From a virus (Duplodnaviria > Caudoviricetes), in the IMG/VR virus record IMGVR_UViG_2509276065_000002, positions 32,001-96,000 of that record: a DNA stretch of 64,000 bases; one strand, written 5' to 3'. The translations under genes and the position numbers were made by a program. This document shows positions 17,299 through 26,898 of the stretch, one piece after another (positions within the stretch are counted from its first letter, which is position 1; the number at the start of each line of letters is the position of its first letter). The notes beneath the pieces are model-generated. The model had not been told where the DNA came from and did not search any database. It saw only the letters and a list, made by a program, of their open reading frames with translations.

Positions 17299-17590
17299 TT
17301 ATTCCCCTTTCAATAAGGCTCGCTCAGCGTAGCCTCATCGTTCCCGTATTCACATTTATCTGTTCAAAATCATCACTTAAGGAGCTGTTTAACTGCAATA
17401 TAAAAAAGATCCCACCTTTCCAGCACTTTGATGCTCAACTACTGACGCAGCTGCTCCACTGCGGCTTGGTGTTGCGCGAGATCGTCCAAGAGTTGAAGAC
17501 ACGACACCTCATCTGACCGGTCAATATCGATCCCGGCTGGGAATAAGATCTTTCTTCTTAACATTTACTCATTTAGCGTTAGAGTGATGT

Positions 17591-18106
17591 ATGGAATTCC
17601 TGCTCGTCATCGCCGTGCTGGCCATTGTCATCATCTTCGTTCTCACACGCCGTCAAGGCGCCATCGGTAGGAACGAACGACCATCGAGCAAGACCCTGCC
17701 CGACCACCTGCCCGTCAAAGCAAAGACCTACTTCTTCTCGCGCAGTGAAAATGCCTTCTACACATCGCTCACTGCCATGCTGGAAGGTACGCCATACCGC
17801 GTCTTCCCAAACGTCCGGCTGAATGACCTCTTCCAGATCACTGCTGACAGTTCGCAGCGATCAAGCGTCTACAACCGGCTGCGTGACAAGCACGTCGATT
17901 TCCTTGTCGTCAGTGCCCGTGACTACAAGCCGCTCTTCGCCATCGAACTGGACGGCGCATCGCACGAGCGCGCCACACAACAGCAGCGCGACGTTGTGAA
18001 GGACCTGGTCTTCAAGAGTGGCGGTTTGGCTCTCGTTCGCTTAGATGCCCGGCAGCCGCATACAGCAGCAAGCCTGCGAGAGGTCCTCGGCAAGTATCTG
18101 AAGTAA
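17591..18106 (+). CDS. DUF2726 domain protein with N-terminal TM
   Basis: SRSENAFY..L, VFPNVRLNDL, KHVDFLV, AIELDGASH, RDVVKD; leaderless TAGAGT. Confidence 0.85.
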   Translation: MEFLLVIAVLAIVIIFVLTRRQGAIGRNERPSSKTLPDHLPVKAKTYFFSRSENAFYTSLTAMLEGTPYRVFPNVRLNDLFQITADSSQRSSVYNRLRDKHVDFLVVSARDYKPLFAIELDGASHERATQQQRDVVKDLVFKSGGLALVRLDARQPHTAASLREVLGKYLK

Positions 18107-18166
18107 CCCAAGAAAGACGATTTCGAAGCCGATCGACAAACGGAATGACCAAAGTCCCTGGGTTGC

Positions 18167-18331
18167 ATGGCGTTCTACGTGACGGGCAGCGTGCTGGCCG
18201 CCCTCGTGTTCTTTGTCGGATTGCTGCTGATCGCGTACGCACACGCTTCGAGCCTTCCGGCTCCGGAGGCTGGGTCGAGGAGTAACTGTCCGCCTCAGGG
18301 CAGCCTAAAGGAACCTACGCAAAACCCCTGA
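18167..18331 (+). CDS. 54-aa small membrane protein
   Basis: Manual translation MAFYVTGSVLAALVFFVGLLLIAYAHA...; ends before the terminator. Confidence 0.4.
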   Translation: MAFYVTGSVLAALVFFVGLLLIAYAHASSLPAPEAGSRSNCPPQGSLKEPTQNP

Positions 18332-18347
18332 CGATACCCAAGCGAAA

Positions 18348-18378
18348 AAAGCCCCTGCCGATTCCCGGCAGGGGCTTT
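18348..18378. terminator. Terminator closing the late operon
   Basis: AAAGCCCCTGCCG-N5-CGGCAGGGGCTTT with A/U tracts. Confidence 0.8.
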
Positions 18379-18380
18379 CG

Positions 18381-18863
18381 TTACCGCTTCAGGTAAATCA
18401 GGATTGGCCTGACTCCAGAGGCCGGTCGGTAAAACGACGCGCTCGCGGTATCCACCCGGCCATTGGTGAAGGCCAGCGTGAAGTAGGATCTGGCCGCGAC
18501 GTTCGGAATGGTGCAGCGCCACCAGCCCGGCACCGGCAACGGTTGCCCGTTCGATTCCTCTGTGACGGCCGTGCACAGCTTCGCGGCTCCGGCGTCCGGG
18601 GTGAGTCCCGCGCTTCCCACCACCAGCACACCCGGTCCATCCTGCGGATCGGTCGGATCACCCGTGACCGGCGCGTCCGACGGGTTCGTGAGGGTCACCG
18701 CGTCCACCGCCGCGCAGAAGCCCTCAGCGGTCGGACATTTCAGCGCGGGCAGCAGTTGCGCGCTTTCCTCCTGCACCCGTTCGAGCCCCCGCGACAGCGC
18801 CTGCCGGGGCGCACACGACACGAGCGGTATTACCAGCAACGTCAACATCCACAGCCGCTTCAT
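18381..18863 (-). CDS. Lipoprotein, spanin-like candidate
   Basis: Lipobox LVSC, Pro/Cys-rich, last gene of the lysis region. Confidence 0.65.
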   Translation of the reverse strand: MKRLWMLTLLVIPLVSCAPRQALSRGLERVQEESAQLLPALKCPTAEGFCAAVDAVTLTNPSDAPVTGDPTDPQDGPGVLVVGSAGLTPDAGAAKLCTAVTEESNGQPLPVPGWWRCTIPNVAARSYFTLAFTNGRVDTASASFYRPASGVRPILIYLKR

Positions 18864-19060
18864 AGTCCACGCTCCCGCAAGGCACGCTCCAGGCGGACCT
18901 GCAGATCCAGGCGGGTGTCGGCGTTGAGGTACGCGCTGCCCTCGAAGAGGTCGTCGAGGACCTGGCCGGCCGCTTCGGTCGCGCCGTCCGGTACGCGGTC
19001 CGCCTGGCCGAAGCGTTGCAGCAGCAGGTCCAGCACCATCTTCAGGAGTTGCGCTCTCAT
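18860..19060 (-). CDS. Small hypothetical protein
   Basis: ATGA-coupled on both sides. Confidence 0.65.
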   Translation of the reverse strand: MRAQLLKMVLDLLLQRFGQADRVPDGATEAAGQVLDDLFEGSAYLNADTRLDLQVRLERALRERGL

Positions 19061-19557
19061 ATCCTCCCTCGTCCTGTTTTCGGCGTGGGCGTGTCCACTG
19101 ACCGGATGGGTTCCGCAGCCTCCACCCCGCTTTTGGTGGACTGCTGCAGCTTTACGTAATCACCGAGTCCCTTCAGGACCGCCGTGACGAACGCGATGCC
19201 AGCCGCCGTCCAGCCTTCGACGCCTTGCCCAAACGCGCCGGTGGCAAGGCCGAAAATGGCGGTGATGAGCGTGACGAGGAGGATGTACACGACGCGGGTC
19301 ACGGTGCCATGCGTAGCGCCGTACCGCTTCACGAGCGCCGTGATGGGTGACGCGATCTCCTTGACGAGCCAACCCACCGCAGCGGAAATCAGCGCCCAGA
19401 GCTCCGGGGGAATGCTGTACTTCCCAACGACCACCATGCCGTCCTGCGCGAGTACGAACGGCACGAACAGCATCAGCAGCAACGCGAAACCGAACGTCAG
19501 CAGGAAATGCAGGCGCAGTGCACTGAAGCACCGCAGGGCCATCACAAAACTGTTCAT
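19057..19557 (-). CDS. Holin-like multi-TM protein
   Basis: 3-4 hydrophobic segments, charged C-tail, GGAGG RBS. Confidence 0.65.
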   Translation of the reverse strand: MNSFVMALRCFSALRLHFLLTFGFALLLMLFVPFVLAQDGMVVVGKYSIPPELWALISAAVGWLVKEIASPITALVKRYGATHGTVTRVVYILLVTLITAIFGLATGAFGQGVEGWTAAGIAFVTAVLKGLGDYVKLQQSTKSGVEAAEPIRSVDTPTPKTGRGRI

Positions 19558-19687
19558 GGTGTTGCCTCCAAACAAGGCGGGTCGCCCTGACGAGCGACCC
19601 TGGTCGAATTGCCTCTGCGCCACCCAGCGCACCTGGCCCATGAAAAATCACGCGGTGACCTCACCGCGTGAAGAGCAGACTGCAAGG

Positions 19688-19936
19688 GTGTCGAACTCTC
19701 TCTCTTCGTCCTGGATCGACCAACTCACCCCCACCCAACGCCAGCAGCTGCAGTGGCTCACCGCGCATCAATGCGAAGTGCAAGCCGTGTGCGTCAAACC
19801 AAACCACACCCGGCTGGAAGTCATCGTGAAGCCTCACATCCTACTCGTCGAAAGCGCACCGAACGTCCGAGAAGCGTTCGAGGTCGTGCACCGGTTGGCC
19901 CGGTACTTGATCACGAAGTCGCTGCACCTGCCGTAG
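19688..19936 (+). CDS. Small hypothetical protein, family copy 3 (antisense insertion in the lysis region)
   Basis: WIDQLTPTQRQQLQWLTAHQCEV; start could be 19640. Confidence 0.65.
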   Translation: MSNSLSSSWIDQLTPTQRQQLQWLTAHQCEVQAVCVKPNHTRLEVIVKPHILLVESAPNVREAFEVVHRLARYLITKSLHLP

Positions 19937-19961
19937 TGTCCACCCTGGTGGACACGGTAGT

Positions 19962-21725
19962 TCACCGAGCCACGTCTTGCGCGCCGATGTGCACGCGGCC
20001 TTCTATGACCGGCAGGCCCAGCAGGCGCAATGGGGCGCCCGTGCCTGTCCACACGGCGGGACTGCCCGCCGAGAGACGCAGGTCGTTCGCGCCCGGGTTC
20101 ACGAGGCGCGGATCGACCGTGCGGTTCGTCGTGGGGCGCGTGGCACCGTTCGTGTAGCGCACGCTGGGATTCCCGCCGACGCGCCAGAAGAGGTTGTGAC
20201 CGTCATCGAAGGTGCCGTCCGTCCACAGCGCGTGGTTGCGGTCGTTAAGGCTCTGCTGCTGCACGATGATGTTGTTACGCGCGCTGAGAATCTCGGGTGA
20301 GCAGCCGTCCGAACAGAGGATGCCGTCCCGCACGCCCCAGGCGGTGTTGTTGTAAAAGCGCGTGCCGGGATTGCCGCCCCACTTGGCGCCGTGACCACGC
20401 ACGATCAGCGTCTGCCCTCCCACCCTGGTGCTGTAGGCATTGAAGGCGAAGGTGTTGTTCTCGCTGCGGCAAGTGGGCGTACCGCCCAGTTCGGCCATGG
20501 TCGTTTCGTCCACCAGGGTGTTTTCGAGGATCAGATTGCCGCTGGTCTTGTACAGCTCGAACGACGCGCCCTCGACACCGTAGTCCTCGCTGCAGCCGGA
20601 ATTGCCGCTGAAGTAGTTGTTGATGACCCGGTTGTTTTTACCGTTGAGCAGCACGCCCCACGCGCCGGAGTCGTCGTCGTACTTCACGCTCGCGGGCGTG
20701 TTGGTACTGATGACGGTGTTCTTCACGAGCCGCGAGTCGCGCACCTCGTTGTGTTCGCTGCCCTCCTGGAAGTGCACGCCGGCGGTCATGCCGTAGGCCG
20801 TGCTTTGCCGCACGACATTGTTTCGCGCGGAAGCGGTGAAGGTGAAACCCGTCGTCCAGCCCTGCGGCTGATTGGGACACCGGAGGGTGCCGCTGAAGGA
20901 GGGGTTCTTGGCCTTCCAGCTGCTCGGCAGGTCCGCACTGACCTGCAGATGCTCGAAGATCAACCACTCCCCGCGGATCTGCACCACCGGCCCGTTGCTG
21001 CTGCCCTTCACGAGAGGAGAGTCACCATTCGTGCCGTACGCGCTGATCACGATGGGTTTTTCACGCGTGCCTTTCCAGGTGGCGTTCAGCACCTCCTTGA
21101 ACACCTGCCCCTTGCGCAGCCGCAAGGTCGCTCCGGGCGGCAGGACCTCCCGGCTGGCGCGCGCCAAACTCTTCCAGGGTCGTGCCTGCGTACCGGGATT
21201 CGTGTCGTTGCCGCTGACGGCGTCCACGTACCACGCGGGCGTCACCTGGGCAGGTTGCACCACGACGGGCGCGTCGCCTTCCACCGTGACTTCCGTGATG
21301 GCGCTGGCGGTGTTCTGGGTGTTGCCGAAACTCGTGACGCGCACGAAACGCGCGGTGCTCGGCGTGAGGTCGAAGGGTTGCAATTCACGCGACAGGCCGG
21401 AACTGATGCCGAGCGGCAGCACCTGCCGCCACGTCGTACCGTCACTGGACGTCTCGACGAGAAACGCTGCCCGGCGCGCGTCACCCGCGTAGAAGGCGAC
21501 GTTCAGGCGCCGCACGACCGAATTCGCGGGCACTTCCACTGTGAAGGTGTGGTAGGGCTGGCCGGGCGTCCAGTCGGCACTCCACCAGGTGTTGAGGTTG
21601 CGGTCGATCGCGGCGGAAGCGGGATTGGTGGATTTCTGTGCGGACGCAGTGACACCCCGGATGGTGAGGGGTGCGGCGAGCGCGAGTGAACCCGTCAGGA
21701 CGAGCAAAGGAAACAGGCGGTGCAT
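19962..21725 (-). CDS. Secreted discoidin (F5/8 type C) plus parallel beta-helix protein, putative polysaccharide depolymerase
   Basis: Signal peptide; AAIDRNLNTWWSA...ARFVRV; WYVDAVSGNDTNPGT..PWKSL; Asn-ladder repeats; DLRLSAGSPA. Confidence 0.8.
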   Translation of the reverse strand: MHRLFPLLVLTGSLALAAPLTIRGVTASAQKSTNPASAAIDRNLNTWWSADWTPGQPYHTFTVEVPANSVVRRLNVAFYAGDARRAAFLVETSSDGTTWRQVLPLGISSGLSRELQPFDLTPSTARFVRVTSFGNTQNTASAITEVTVEGDAPVVVQPAQVTPAWYVDAVSGNDTNPGTQARPWKSLARASREVLPPGATLRLRKGQVFKEVLNATWKGTREKPIVISAYGTNGDSPLVKGSSNGPVVQIRGEWLIFEHLQVSADLPSSWKAKNPSFSGTLRCPNQPQGWTTGFTFTASARNNVVRQSTAYGMTAGVHFQEGSEHNEVRDSRLVKNTVISTNTPASVKYDDDSGAWGVLLNGKNNRVINNYFSGNSGCSEDYGVEGASFELYKTSGNLILENTLVDETTMAELGGTPTCRSENNTFAFNAYSTRVGGQTLIVRGHGAKWGGNPGTRFYNNTAWGVRDGILCSDGCSPEILSARNNIIVQQQSLNDRNHALWTDGTFDDGHNLFWRVGGNPSVRYTNGATRPTTNRTVDPRLVNPGANDLRLSAGSPAVWTGTGAPLRLLGLPVIEGRVHIGAQDVAR

Positions 21726-21782
21726 AGGGCAACCTCCGTAAAACAGCGTGGACTCCGAGGAGTCCACTGGGCAGATTGAGCT

Positions 21783-22418
21783 TCACTTCTTGCCGGAGAC
21801 GAGCACCGTGCCGTCATCACGCCGCGTGACCGTCAAACCGCCGTAACGGGTGACTTCCCCGGTCATGCGGACTTCCCCACCGCCAGGCTCTTCGAAGAAC
21901 ACTTCCGCGAGGGCGTCCAGCGGGGGTGGTTGAATCAACACCAACGCCGAGCGAACCAGGGTCACGTACCGCTCCCACGGCCAGGTGGGACCCGGGCAGT
22001 TCTTGCGGGCCGTGCGTTTCGGGTTGACTTCGTTGTGCCCGATCAGGTGCGTGCGGTCCGCGGGAATGCCGTAGCGCAGGCACAAGCCGGCCACGAGGCT
22101 CGCGCTGGCCCGCAGTTGCGCGTCGCTGGGCGTCCAGGGTTCCACGCTGGGGCGTCCCTCGTGCTCGATGCCGATCGAGCGGCGGTTCATCAAGGTGTCC
22201 CCGGCATGCCAGGCGGTGTCGTCCTCCCGCACGCTCTGCCCCACCCGGCCGTTCATTGCGACGGTGTAGTGCGCGCTGACGTTGCAGTCGGGATTGGCGA
22301 ACCAGCTGAGGGTGCCGTCGTACGAACCGTCCGCCACGTGAATCACCACCCGGTCGATGGGCACCCCGCGACCGCGCGCGTAATTTCCACCGTGGGCAGG
22401 TCGTTGTTCGATGCTCAT
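21783..22418 (-). CDS. Endolysin, N-acetylmuramoyl-L-alanine amidase (Amidase_2)
   Basis: VVIHVA, VSAHY, AWHAG, SIGIEHEG, IGHNEV, KNCPG. Confidence 0.92.
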   Translation of the reverse strand: MSIEQRPAHGGNYARGRGVPIDRVVIHVADGSYDGTLSWFANPDCNVSAHYTVAMNGRVGQSVREDDTAWHAGDTLMNRRSIGIEHEGRPSVEPWTPSDAQLRASASLVAGLCLRYGIPADRTHLIGHNEVNPKRTARKNCPGPTWPWERYVTLVRSALVLIQPPPLDALAEVFFEEPGGGEVRMTGEVTRYGGLTVTRRDDGTVLVSGKK

Positions 22419-22708
22419 GCGCTTTCCCTTCGGGTGGTCTGGTGCTTCCGCAGGCGCCGTGGGCGTTGCCGGAGCGTCACCAGGGTGATCAACAGCAGGT
22501 GCAGCGCCACCCCGCCCGCCAGGACCAGCAGCGCCATACCCATCCCGGGCAGCCACACGGCGAGGCCGACGACCATCAACGCGGAGAGCAGCCCGGATAT
22601 TTTGAAGGCGTTTTCTCGTCTGAACAGCCAGATCAGCGTCGTCGACGCGCCGAGAGCGAAGGCCAGCAGCAGCGTCGTGAGTTCCACGTACGCGAGCGCT
22701 TCATTCAT
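22415..22708 (-). CDS. Holin-like TM protein
   Basis: 3 TM segments, basic C-tail, adjacent to the endolysin. Confidence 0.65.
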   Translation of the reverse strand: MNEALAYVELTTLLLAFALGASTTLIWLFRRENAFKISGLLSALMVVGLAVWLPGMGMALLVLAGGVALHLLLITLVTLRQRPRRLRKHQTTRRESA

Positions 22709-23168
22709 CGCGGTCCTCCTGAGGGGTTTCGTATCGGGCGAGCGCGGCGCGCATCACCTCGAAATCCTCGCGCAGTTCGCTCGCGCGCACTTCCAGCCGC
22801 GCATACTCCACGCGCATGCGGTCATTCGCGCGGAAAGTGCGCTCAGCCTGCCGGGCGAGCAGTTCGAGCGTGATCGACCCGGCACTGAGAAACGCGGCGA
22901 GCGTCATGGTGCGAATCGATGACAACAACGGCAGGCTTTCGCTGCTGGGCGCCAGGAACACCAGCACTTCCAGCACGCCAGGAACGTCCGCGGAGACCAT
23001 CAGGACGTACAGGAGTCCGCAGAGCACCATCACGACCGCCCAGGCGTACAAGGCGGGGTTGTGCGCGCGGGTGGCCCAGCGGATCACCTGAAAGGAGAGC
23101 GCGCCGATGCTGCCCACCAACCACGCGAGCGCCAGCACCGCCAGAAATTCTTCACGGCTGACTGCCAT
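22701..23168 (-). CDS. Membrane protein with C-terminal coiled coil
   Basis: 3 hydrophobic segments plus a coiled coil; AGGAGG RBS. Confidence 0.65.
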   Translation of the reverse strand: MAVSREEFLAVLALAWLVGSIGALSFQVIRWATRAHNPALYAWAVVMVLCGLLYVLMVSADVPGVLEVLVFLAPSSESLPLLSSIRTMTLAAFLSAGSITLELLARQAERTFRANDRMRVEYARLEVRASELREDFEVMRAALARYETPQEDRDE

Positions 23169-23364
23169 CGTCGTCCTCTTCTTTCTTGGCTCGGTTGTTG
23201 ACCATCCCGGCGATGGCGGTGACCAGCGTGCCGGCCAGCGTGAACAGCGGCACGCCGATCTCACGGTCGAACGTGCCGGTGACGGCGTAACGAAACACGA
23301 CGGCCAGCAGTGCCACGCCGACGCAGACGGCGAATGAGATCAAGATCCAGAAGGTGCTTCCCAC
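23152..23364 (-). CDS. Small 2-TM protein (holin/antiholin-like)
   Basis: Two hydrophobic helices, charged tail, GGAGG RBS. Confidence 0.6.
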   Translation of the reverse strand: MGSTFWILISFAVCVGVALLAVVFRYAVTGTFDREIGVPLFTLAGTLVTAIAGMVNNRAKKEEDDDGSQP

Positions 23365-23452
23365 GGTTCCTCCCCTCACCCGGCGGGGAGCGGACGCGCG
23401 GCGTGCCGCCCGCGCGTCCGTGAGGAATCACCGGTCCGTATAGTGCAAGGAG

Positions 23453-24241
23453 TCACCGTTCGACGGCCTCGACCGTCCAGAAGTCCGCCGCGAGGTCAGG
23501 GTGGGTGACGTAGGCGTACGGCAGCCAGAAGTACCCGTCGAGTCCCCAGTCCGCGCCCCAGGAGTTGCGGCACAAGAAGCGCTGCGCGCTGTCGGTGTAC
23601 CCGCACATCAGCACCGCGTGTCCACCCCGCATCCGCTCGGACGCGCTGGGCATCGGGACCACGCCCGTGCGGGCCACGAGTTGCGTCATCAGCGAGTCGT
23701 ACACCGCGAAGCCGAACGCGATGGGCAGACCACTCGCGAGGGTCGCTTTGAGGGCCTGCTCGGTCTGATCGACGCGAGCGTACCGCAAAGCCTGATTCAC
23801 CTGCCCGGAGCGGTACGCGCTCGCGTAGGGCCTTCTGGCGTACCGGGGAATGCGGTACGGCCAGTACGACTCGGGCGGAGCACCGTACTCATTCACGACT
23901 TTCGCGGCGGTGCGCAAGGTCGCACCGGCGTCCTCGTTCACGGTGCCTTCCATCAGGCGGCTGTTGTAGTACAAGAACAGCGTGGAGGGTCGTCGTGACG
24001 CCTTGCCGCGTTTGATGCGGTCGTACTCCACCGCGGCGGCCATGGTCTGCGCAGTGCAGCTGCCCAGTTGCCCCTGGTCGTACACCGGAGGCATGAACGC
24101 CCGCAGGTCCGCAGAGGGTGGCAGGTCAGTGGTCATCAGCTGGGTGGGGAGCGATTGCCGGAAATCCCGGAAGTCCGGTACGTCTGGGATCCAGCCGAAG
24201 GGATTGTCGCGTTTGCGTGCCCGGAAAAGAACATTGAGCAT
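23453..24241 (-). CDS. Papain-family (C1A) cysteine peptidase
   Basis: GWIPDVPDFRD, YDQGQLGSCTA (Gln/Cys), GGHAV (His), RNSWGADWGLDGYF (Asn); GGAGG RBS. Confidence 0.92.
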   Translation of the reverse strand: MLNVLFRARKRDNPFGWIPDVPDFRDFRQSLPTQLMTTDLPPSADLRAFMPPVYDQGQLGSCTAQTMAAAVEYDRIKRGKASRRPSTLFLYYNSRLMEGTVNEDAGATLRTAAKVVNEYGAPPESYWPYRIPRYARRPYASAYRSGQVNQALRYARVDQTEQALKATLASGLPIAFGFAVYDSLMTQLVARTGVVPMPSASERMRGGHAVLMCGYTDSAQRFLCRNSWGADWGLDGYFWLPYAYVTHPDLAADFWTVEAVER

Positions 24242-24426
24242 ACGTCCTCCTAGAGGGCGGTGGCGGGCAGCACCCGGTAGGTGGTGTCCACGATGATGAC
24301 GGAGCGGTCGAAGACCTGCAGCCGGTACCTCGCCCCATACCTCGTGGCAGGCAGCGCTTGCGGCTCCCCACCGTCCTGAGCAGTCGTCTTGGCCGTCTTG
24401 GATTCCTTTCGTGCCCATCGGGCGGG

Positions 24427-26898
24427 TCACGGTCGTTCGTACGGTCCTCGGTCGACCGTGCCGGCCGGCACGGGATTCCCGGCGAGGTCTTGCGCGATGG
24501 TGACGGTTTCGGTGCCGCCACTGCTGTTGATGACTCGCGAGAAGGACAGCGGCACGCTGGAGCCGTTGTTCAGCGCTTTCGCGGCAGTGGATTTGAGGTT
24601 GAAGTTGAAGTTCAGCGGATCGACGAACAGCGACGCCATGTCGGCGTTGCTCAGGCGGCTGTCCCCGGTGCCGCTGAGGTTGGTGGTGTTGCCGGTCAGG
24701 CCCGTGCCGGTGGTGATGATGTTCCCCGAGGAGTCCAGGCTGAGACGCCCGACGAGGTTGTGGCTGGTCGCGGGCGTGACGTCCGCCCAGAATTCACTTT
24801 TCTGTCCTTTCCCGCCGCACGGCGCGGTGCGGGTGTAGATGCGGCAGCCGTACCCGTCGTTGAGGCGCGCGGTGTGCCAGCCGATCAGGATGTTGTTGCG
24901 GAATTCCAGCACGTCATCCTCGCAGGTGTCCGAGCAGCTCACGCCCACCTGCGTGCCGTACGCGACGTTGTTGAACGCTTTCGCGCCCGCCTGCCCACCG
25001 AACGAGCTGCCGCCCTTGTACCCACGCATCACCAGGAACTCCCCGGAGCCGGTGGCCAGGCCGCTGATGGGAGCGAAGGCGTTGTACGCCATCACGTTGT
25101 GCACCGACGTGCCGCCCATCTCGACGAAGGTGCCGCTGTTGATGCTGATGTTGTGGTGGTAGTACCCGTACGAGGACGAGAAGATCTCGATGTCCGCGCC
25201 TTCCTGCCCGTAATCCTCGCTGCAGGGCACGTTGTTCTCCGCGAAGAGACTCCAGCCGACCTCGTTGTTGTTCGAGCGGGGATTCACGCCGAACCCACCG
25301 GAGTCATCGTCGTACTTGCTGGTGCTGGGACTGTTGGACTTGTTGTTGAAGTTCACGTCCCCATCCGGGTTGTACCCGCCGTACAGCGAGTCGTACACGT
25401 TGCCGTCCCCGTCTCGGTCGACGTTCTCGTACAGCGCCGGGGTGTTGGTGCTGGCGAGGTCGTTGTGGTGGACGTAGCTGTGCAGCAGCCGGTGGTATCC
25501 TCCGCCCGCCATGTACACGCCTGCCGTGGCGCGGGACGCTTCGACGTACTGCAAGGTGTTGCGCGCGCCGGTCAGGGTGAACCCGGTCTTCCAGCCGGTC
25601 GGGTTCTGGCAGCTGCGGATGTAGGTGTACCCGCTCGGGACGTAGTTGCTGGGCATCTGCCACGCGCCGGGCCGGCCGCTGTCCGCGATTCGTGCGCTGA
25701 CGTTGTCGAAGGTGACGTCCGAAGCGGCGCTGTTCACGGTGGCTTCGTTGGCGCTGCCCAGGGCGCGGTTCTCGATGACCGGGTTGTTTCCGGCGATGAC
25801 CGGCCCGAGCCGGACGGGTCCGGTGGTGGGCGCGCCGTACGCGCCGATGACGACGTTGCTGCTGGTACTACCCGAATCGCCAGAGGCGAGCGTCAAGGGT
25901 CCCGCGTAGGCGTACCCACGCCGCAGGTACACGCCGTCTCCGGCATTGAGGTCGGCGTTGTTGACGGGCGTGAGGGTCCGCCAGGCAGTCGAGGGCGTGC
26001 GACCGTCGTTGCTGTCACTGCCCGCGCTGGCGTCCACGTAATACCGCTGGGTGGTGCCACCCGCGTTCGCGAGGCTCACCTGGTTGGTGTCCTCAGTTGT
26101 GGCGATATTGACGGTCAGAGCCACCGCCGCGCTGAGGGTGCTGTTGCCCGCCGCGTCGTACGCCCGGGCAGTGTAACTGTACGAGCCGTTCTGGGTGCTG
26201 CTGGTGAAAGACGCGTCATGCTCGTACGGCGCGAAGTTCTCGGTGTGCACCAAGCTGCCGTCCCGGTAGAACTCTACTTTCTGCACTCCGATGTTGTCGG
26301 TCGCCGTGGCAGTCAGGCGGGTGGTGCTGGAGGTGGTGATGCTGGTGCTGGCCGCCGCGAGGCTCACGACGGGCGCCAGCACGTCACCGGTCTGCAAGTT
26401 GGTGCCGCTCGCGGTGAACAGCTTGACTTCCCGGATGCCGATCAGGGCGGGGCCCTTGTTGGGATCGACGAGTTTGTGGATGATGATGCGCACGTAGCGT
26501 GCGTCGGTGCGTGCGAACGTGTAGCGGGTGAGTTGTTCGCTCGCGGTGGATTCGATGTTGCGCAGCACTTTCGTCCAGCTGCTGCGGTCGCTGGAGACTT
26601 CCACGTCGAAGGTGTAGGTGCGGCCCAGCGCGCCCCACAAGCCCAGCCAGATGCCGTCGAGGGGCCGCACGGCTTTGGTGTCCATCACGACTTCCTGCGG
26701 CAGACCACGGGCGTACCAGACGGTGCTCTCGTTGTTGTCGGTCATGTTCCCGGCGGGGAAACCGAAGGTGGGCCTGAGGATGCCGGGCGCTTCCAGCGGG
26801 ATGGGGTCAACGGCGAGCGCGGCCCCCGCCAGGAGGGCCGCGCCGAGTGTCAGATGCCAGGTCAGGCGAAACCCGGCCTGCGAAAAAAAGCGTTTCAC
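24427..26898 (-). CDS. Secreted discoidin plus Ig-like plus parallel beta-helix protein, paralog of 19962-21725
   Basis: Signal peptide; F5/8C; ATATDNIGVQKVEFY..YTARAYDAAGN (Big); YYVDASAGSDSNDG; shared KYDDDSG.GV and CSEDYG.EGA blocks. Confidence 0.8.
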   Translation of the reverse strand: MKRFFSQAGFRLTWHLTLGAALLAGAALAVDPIPLEAPGILRPTFGFPAGNMTDNNESTVWYARGLPQEVVMDTKAVRPLDGIWLGLWGALGRTYTFDVEVSSDRSSWTKVLRNIESTASEQLTRYTFARTDARYVRIIIHKLVDPNKGPALIGIREVKLFTASGTNLQTGDVLAPVVSLAAASTSITTSSTTRLTATATDNIGVQKVEFYRDGSLVHTENFAPYEHDASFTSSTQNGSYSYTARAYDAAGNSTLSAAVALTVNIATTEDTNQVSLANAGGTTQRYYVDASAGSDSNDGRTPSTAWRTLTPVNNADLNAGDGVYLRRGYAYAGPLTLASGDSGSTSSNVVIGAYGAPTTGPVRLGPVIAGNNPVIENRALGSANEATVNSAASDVTFDNVSARIADSGRPGAWQMPSNYVPSGYTYIRSCQNPTGWKTGFTLTGARNTLQYVEASRATAGVYMAGGGYHRLLHSYVHHNDLASTNTPALYENVDRDGDGNVYDSLYGGYNPDGDVNFNNKSNSPSTSKYDDDSGGFGVNPRSNNNEVGWSLFAENNVPCSEDYGQEGADIEIFSSSYGYYHHNISINSGTFVEMGGTSVHNVMAYNAFAPISGLATGSGEFLVMRGYKGGSSFGGQAGAKAFNNVAYGTQVGVSCSDTCEDDVLEFRNNILIGWHTARLNDGYGCRIYTRTAPCGGKGQKSEFWADVTPATSHNLVGRLSLDSSGNIITTGTGLTGNTTNLSGTGDSRLSNADMASLFVDPLNFNFNLKSTAAKALNNGSSVPLSFSRVINSSGGTETVTIAQDLAGNPVPAGTVDRGPYERP

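Noticed and set aside
17564-17581. Second RDRM-like site upstream of DUF2726 (TTACTCATTTAGCGTTA)
   Set aside because: Two mismatches at conserved positions in an AT-rich region; likely chance.
21748-21767. GTGGACTCC-GA-GGAGTCCAC palindrome, plus similar hairpins at ~19578 and ~23390, as a mobile repeat family
   Set aside because: The sequences differ from each other and are best explained as ordinary intergenic stability or terminator hairpins.
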